A DNA stretch of 64,000 nucleotides. Origin: a virus. The stretch is from IMG/VR virus record IMGVR_UViG_3300046001_007123. One strand, written 5' to 3'. A program made the position numbers and the translations under genes. Position 1 is the first letter of the stretch. Every line of letters starts with the position of its first letter. The notes under the pieces are model-generated. The model had not been told where the DNA came from. It saw nothing but the letters and a program-made list of their open reading frames with translations, and ran no database searches. Of the stretch, positions 61,670 through 64,000 are shown piece after piece.

Positions 61670-62095
61670 TTATCCCACAGAAATAACTTCTAAATCAAAA
61701 ATTAAATCCTTACCCGCTAATGGATGATTTGCGTCCAAAATAACTTTATCTTCAGTAACTTCTTTAACCACAACATTCATAGGACCTTGTGGTGTCATTG
61801 TTTGTAACATTTGACCTTCCGCAACTCCTTCAGGAACTTGAGTTTTATCTACTTCAGCAATTAATTGAGGATTAAACTCTCCGTACGCTTCGGTTGCCGG
61901 TATATTAATAGTTTTTTTCTCACCTTCTTCCATTCCAACAAGACCCTTTTCAAAACCAGGGATTAAAGATCCTTGTCCTAATGTTGCTGATAACGGTTCA
62001 CGACCTTCATTCAATGATGAATCAAACACACTACCATCTTCCAATTTACCCGTGTAATTAACAGTCACGGTACTGTTTACGTCAACTTTTTTCAT
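61670..62095 (-). CDS. FKBP-type peptidyl-prolyl cis-trans isomerase (SlyD/FkpB-like)
   Basis: VTVNYTGKLEDGSVFDSS...GQGSLIPGFEKGLVGMEEGEKKTINIPATEAYGE, then a flap region. Start taken at MKKVDV. Confidence 0.8.
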   Translation of the reverse strand: MKKVDVNSTVTVNYTGKLEDGSVFDSSLNEGREPLSATLGQGSLIPGFEKGLVGMEEGEKKTINIPATEAYGEFNPQLIAEVDKTQVPEGVAEGQMLQTMTPQGPMNVVVKEVTEDKVILDANHPLAGKDLIFDLEVISVG

Positions 62096-62159
62096 AAAAT
62101 ACAATTTCTATAAAAACTAACAAATAAAAACTATTATGTAAAACGATATTTATAATAAA

Positions 62160-62354
62160 ATGAAAAATTTTCTAAAATACCTTTATATTAATTTGATGAA
62201 CAAATATGGATCCTTTATGTGGTTTGGTATTCATATGGGTGTGACTCAAGTTACTTGGCATTGGTTAATGGAAATTGGTTTGTGCGTGTTGATTAATTCA
62301 ATGGTTTTACATACCCTTTACCTTGAATGGAAAGATTCGTTTAAAAAAAATTAA
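62160..62354 (+). CDS. small hydrophobic protein
   Basis: 64-aa ORF. Weak call. Confidence 0.3.
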   Translation: MKNFLKYLYINLMNKYGSFMWFGIHMGVTQVTWHWLMEIGLCVLINSMVLHTLYLEWKDSFKKN

Positions 62355-62389
62355 ACACAACCCCATTAACATAAATTCGTTTATATAGT

Positions 62390-64000
62390 ATGAGACATTT
62401 ATTACTTTTATTTTTATTCCCCCTTTTTGTTTATTCACAATATTGTCCTGACTTGGGTCCAGATCAATTTTTACCTTGTGGGGTAGGAACAACAACTCTA
62501 ACGGCTAATTTAAGTCAATGTGGGCCTGGAGGTCCTAACCCTAAACAAACTACGAATTATGGGGTGACTAACATTCCGTATGTTTCACAAACTAATACAG
62601 GGACTCAGTTATTTATGACTGATGATTCACAACAGGGTCCATTTAATATTGGGTTTAACTTTTGTTTTTTTGGAACAACATATACTCAATTTTATGTTGG
62701 GTCTAATGGGTGGATATCATTCGGTGGGGGACAACCAACAACGTTTACATCACAATCAATCCCAACGGGAAATGTGTTAGTCCCTAATAATTGTATTATG
62801 GGTCCTTGGCAAGATTGGCATCCAGGGATTGGTGGTCAGATAAGATATCAATTACAAGGCACTGCTCCTTGTAGGAAGTTAGTTATCAGTTGGATCGGTG
62901 TACCTATGTTCCAATGTAATAGTAATTTTGGAACATTCCATATTGTAATATATGAGACAACAAATATTATTGAAAATCATATCCAAGATAAACCTGATTG
63001 TTCTCAATGGCAGAATGGTACGTCAGTTCAAGGGATACATAACTCAACAGGTACGATTGGAATACCGGTTCCTGGTAGAAACTCAACCTCTTGGACTGCA
63101 AATAACGACGCATATCGATGGACGCCAAGTGGACCTACGGTAAATCCTGTTTTAACTTGGTTTAGAATAGGTAACCCTAACCCAATTGGGACTGGACCGA
63201 CAATAAATGTAACTCCTCCCGCAATAGGTGCTCAATATACGTGTCGATATGTCTATCCTATCTGTAATGCGGGGTGGTCAACTTGTAATTCAGTTGCAGG
63301 ACCAGGTCCTGACACCGTATTTGTTTTACCGGGTCTACCGAATCTACCTCAACCCACTATAACAACAACAAACCCAACGTGTTATCAGTATTGTGACGGA
63401 TCAATAAATGTTGTTCCTGTTGGTGGAAACGGAGTTCAAACAATTTCGTGGAATAACGGGATACCAAATAACTTTACTAACAACTTTTTATGTTCTGGTG
63501 TCTATAACTTTTTAATAACTGACTCTCAAGGTTGTACCGTAAGTGGGAATGTTACATTAGTGGATCCACCACAAATAATTGTAGACCCTATTGTTGGAAC
63601 AAGTATCCTATGTTATAACTCAACTACTAATCAGTTCACCACCTCGAGTCTAAACCCTAATTTAAATTACGTTTGGACGACAACAAATGGTAATATTACC
63701 TCAGGACAAGGGACTCCTCAAGTTAATTTAGACGTTACGGGTGTTAATGGGGGTAATTACCCTAATATGTTGTCGGTATACGCTGAAAATAACCTTGGAT
63801 GTTTAAGTCAAACTGAAAATTTCACTATTGATGTGTTAAACATACTCCCAATTATCGATCCTCTTGGTCCATATTGTGAATATGATGGGTGTGTTAACAT
63901 TAATACAACACCTACAGGTGGTATTTTATTCGGTAATAACGTTTGGGGAACACAATATTGTCCTGACAATGGATTTATTGGGTTAGATAATGTTACTTAC
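62390..64000 (+). CDS. secreted SprB-repeat / Ig-like adhesin-type protein, N-terminal 537 aa (continues beyond window); missed by the ORF track
   Basis: I translated it by hand. There is no stop from ATG 62390 to base 64000. Signal peptide MRHLLLLFLFPLFVYSQ. Repeated Cys-containing units such as CYQYCDGSINVVPVGGNGVQTISWNNG match the SprB repeat pattern (C.G..DG.I....GG..PY.Y.W). Confidence 0.65.
   Translation, partial: MRHLLLLFLFPLFVYSQYCPDLGPDQFLPCGVGTTTLTANLSQCGPGGPNPKQTTNYGVTNIPYVSQTNTGTQLFMTDDSQQGPFNIGFNFCFFGTTYTQFYVGSNGWISFGGGQPTTFTSQSIPTGNVLVPNNCIMGPWQDWHPGIGGQIRYQLQGTAPCRKLVISWIGVPMFQCNSNFGTFHIVIYETTNIIENHIQDKPDCSQWQNGTSVQGIHNSTGTIGIPVPGRNSTSWTANNDAYRWTPSGPTVNPVLTWFRIGNPNPIGTGPTINVTPPAIGAQYTCRYVYPICNAGWSTCNSVAGPGPDTVFVLPGLPNLPQPTITTTNPTCYQYCDGSINVVPVGGNGVQTISWNNGIPNNFTNNFLCSGVYNFLITDSQGCTVSGNVTLVDPPQIIVDPIVGTSILCYNSTTNQFTTSSLNPNLNYVWTTTNGNITSGQGTPQVNLDVTGVNGGNYPNMLSVYAENNLGCLSQTENFTIDVLNILPIIDPLGPYCEYDGCVNINTTPTGGILFGNNVWGTQYCPDNGFIGLDNVTY

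Noticed and set aside
61238-62390. Calling a definite prophage-host junction
   Set aside because: The content changes to host-like genes, but there is no integrase and no att direct repeat. The tRNA-derived elements are 14 kb away and show no 3' duplication. Phages can also carry FKBP and adhesin-like genes. I left it as a question.

Overview
This 64-kb window is AT-rich and reads as part of a large tailed-phage genome, or a prophage of one. The host is probably a Bacteroidota (Flavobacteriia-type) bacterium. The host call rests on four things: a T9SS C-terminal sorting domain, SprB-type repeats, lipobox lipoproteins, and a Bacteroidota-type TAnnTTTG box directly abutting start codons with no Shine-Dalgarno sequence. 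Genes are almost all on the + strand, densely packed, and often joined by overlapping ATGA or TAATG junctions. Two sequence types of strong rho-independent terminator are reused dozens of times, for example AAACCCACC-loop-GGTGGGTTTTTT and AATCCTCCA-loop-TGGGGGATTTTTT.

Recognisable genes include:
- an SPFH/band-7 protein
- an HD-domain (p)ppGpp-hydrolase-like protein
- adjacent GIY-YIG and HNH homing endonucleases
- a long thymidylate-synthase-family protein, a P-loop NTPase and a ClpP-family protease
- a GH19 endolysin with a peptidoglycan-binding domain, on the minus strand
- a block of secreted proteins: a T9SS-CTD protein, lipoproteins, an N/G/T-rich protein, a C-type lectin plus dockerin-like protein, a non-specific nuclease and an HExxH protein
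- a metallophosphoesterase, an RmlC-like epimerase and a Dps-like ferritin
- a protein with six DnaJ-type CxxCxGxG zinc fingers
- a six-gene glycosyltransferase cluster (GT2 and GT9-like)
- a GH24 lysozyme, a YceI-like protein, a DHH/DHHA1 phosphoesterase and a T5orf172 protein
- a HAD phosphatase on the minus strand
- at the 3' end, an FKBP PPIase on the minus strand and a partial SprB-repeat secreted protein that the ORF track missed

The most unusual content is as follows.
1. At least 25 small genes share a conserved N-terminal peptide module, in two variants: MK[KI]I[IV]xLTES[DEQ]L and M[KR]ELIRHILKEE. A GH24 lysozyme and the DHH phosphoesterase carry the same module, and a 16-aa pseudogene remnant of it survives. 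I interpret this as a candidate capsid-targeting or ejected-protein leader, analogous to the T4 capsid-targeting sequence.
2. Six tRNA-derived elements have near-identical tRNA-Leu-type 5' (acceptor plus D arm) and 3' (T arm plus acceptor) halves but hypervariable 0 to 95-nt centres. Their two collapsed forms are a 37-nt minihelix and a 17-nt hairpin. All are interleaved with tiny ORFs.
3. A pair of paralogous proteins is built from about 15 tandem VEDTIQNGVKHT repeats.
4. A 1-kb module is bounded by 85-bp elements with terminal inverted repeats.
5. A roughly 2-kb mostly non-coding region (50.97 to 53.12 kb) contains palindromes, direct repeats, C-tracts and orphan terminators.

No CRISPR array, integrase, reverse transcriptase or canonical tRNA was found.
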